A stretch of DNA of 64,000 nucleotides from Candidatus Nanopelagicales bacterium (GTDB lineage Bacteria > Actinomycetota > Actinomycetes > S36-B12 > JBBQYX01), in the NCBI GenBank assembly GCA_038208295.1, contig JBBQYX010000001.1, positions 85,001 through 149,000 of the forward strand. The letters run 5' to 3'. Numbering within the stretch: the first letter of the stretch is position 1; each line of letters begins with the position of its first letter. A model generated the notes under the pieces. It saw only the letters and a list, made by a program, of their open reading frames with translations. It was not told the DNA's origin and did not search any database. Shown piece by piece: positions 63,456-64,000 of this stretch. Made by a program: the position numbers and the translations under genes.

Positions 63456-64000
63456 TCAGAGTTTCTCGACCGGGGCGTAACGCAACAGCAGTCGCTTCAC
63501 ACCTTCGGACCCGAAGTCGATGCTCGCCTCGGCGCGCTCCCCGGCTCCGGACGTGGACACCACCGTGCCGAGCCCCCACTTCTGGTGCGTCACCCGGTCG
63601 CCCGCGGCCAGGGCTGGCACGGCCTTGTTGCCGGGCGAGGACGCACTCGGCCGGGCCGCTGCGGCGACCAGCGACGGGGCCGCCCCCAGGCCGCCACCGC
63701 CCGGTCCGCGTCCTGCGACCTCAGCAGCGCTGCGCCGCCAGTCGAGAAGTTCGTCCGGAATCTCGTCGAGGAAACGGGAGGCGGGGTTGTACGACGGCGC
63801 TCCCCAGGCCGACCGGGTCACGGCCCGCGTCAGGTACAGCCGTTCGCGCGCCCGGGTGATGCCCACGTACGCCAGCCGGCGTTCCTCGGACAACTCCCGG
63901 GGATCCCCCAGGGAGCGCAGGTGCGGGAACACGCCGTCCTCCATGCCGGTCAGGAAGACAACCGGAAACTCCAGGCCCTTGGCGGTGTGCAGGGTCATCA
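63456..64000 (-). CDS. pcrA: ATP-dependent DNA helicase PcrA/UvrD1, C-terminal part (runs off the window)
   Basis: [31 protein letters not shown], Tudor-like tail [12 protein letters not shown]...[13 protein letters not shown]. Confidence 0.95.
   Translation of the reverse strand, partial: MTLHTAKGLEFPVVFLTGMEDGVFPHLRSLGDPRELSEERRLAYVGITRARERLYLTRAVTRSAWGAPSYNPASRFLDEIPDELLDWRRSAAEVAGRGPGGGGLGAAPSLVAAAARPSASSPGNKAVPALAAGDRVTHQKWGLGTVVSTSGAGERAEASIDFGSEGVKRLLLRYAPVEKL

Overview
High-GC actinobacterial (Actinomycetota) chromosomal segment made up mostly of core genes. The order matches the conserved lpdA-punA-pmm...add-deoA-cdd-sdhCDAB-dac-trpS...icd-mdh-folD-purH-purN-sucD-sucC-M23-pcrA region of mycobacteria and streptomycetes. 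It holds a large nucleoside salvage/catabolism cluster (5'-nucleotidase, PNP, phospho-sugar mutase, deoC plus a two-gene ALDH, add, deoA, cdd, BMP-type ABC importer). Several accessory inserts are also present: cupin, Tat-exported multicopper oxidase, GNAT, methyltransferase, CAP protein, mutA-mutB-meaB, an APC-like transporter, and a beta-galactoside ABC/GH42/galTK/glpD cluster. I found no CRISPR, tRNA/rRNA, transposase, integrase or defence system, and no clearly new multi-gene system. The best leads are non-coding or at gene starts: (1) an apparent core-deleted cobalamin riboswitch ahead of mutA; (2) an unrecognised three-way-junction RNA with two GGACAA-tipped hairpins ahead of the M23 peptidase, next to MtrA-like boxes; (3) a probable AUC start codon on the nucleoside ABC ATPase; (4) a gal cluster ending in glpD, with a 10-nt frameshifting duplication at the glpD start; (5) a split ALDH16-like pair. 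All annotations come from motif recognition by eye; no database searches were run.
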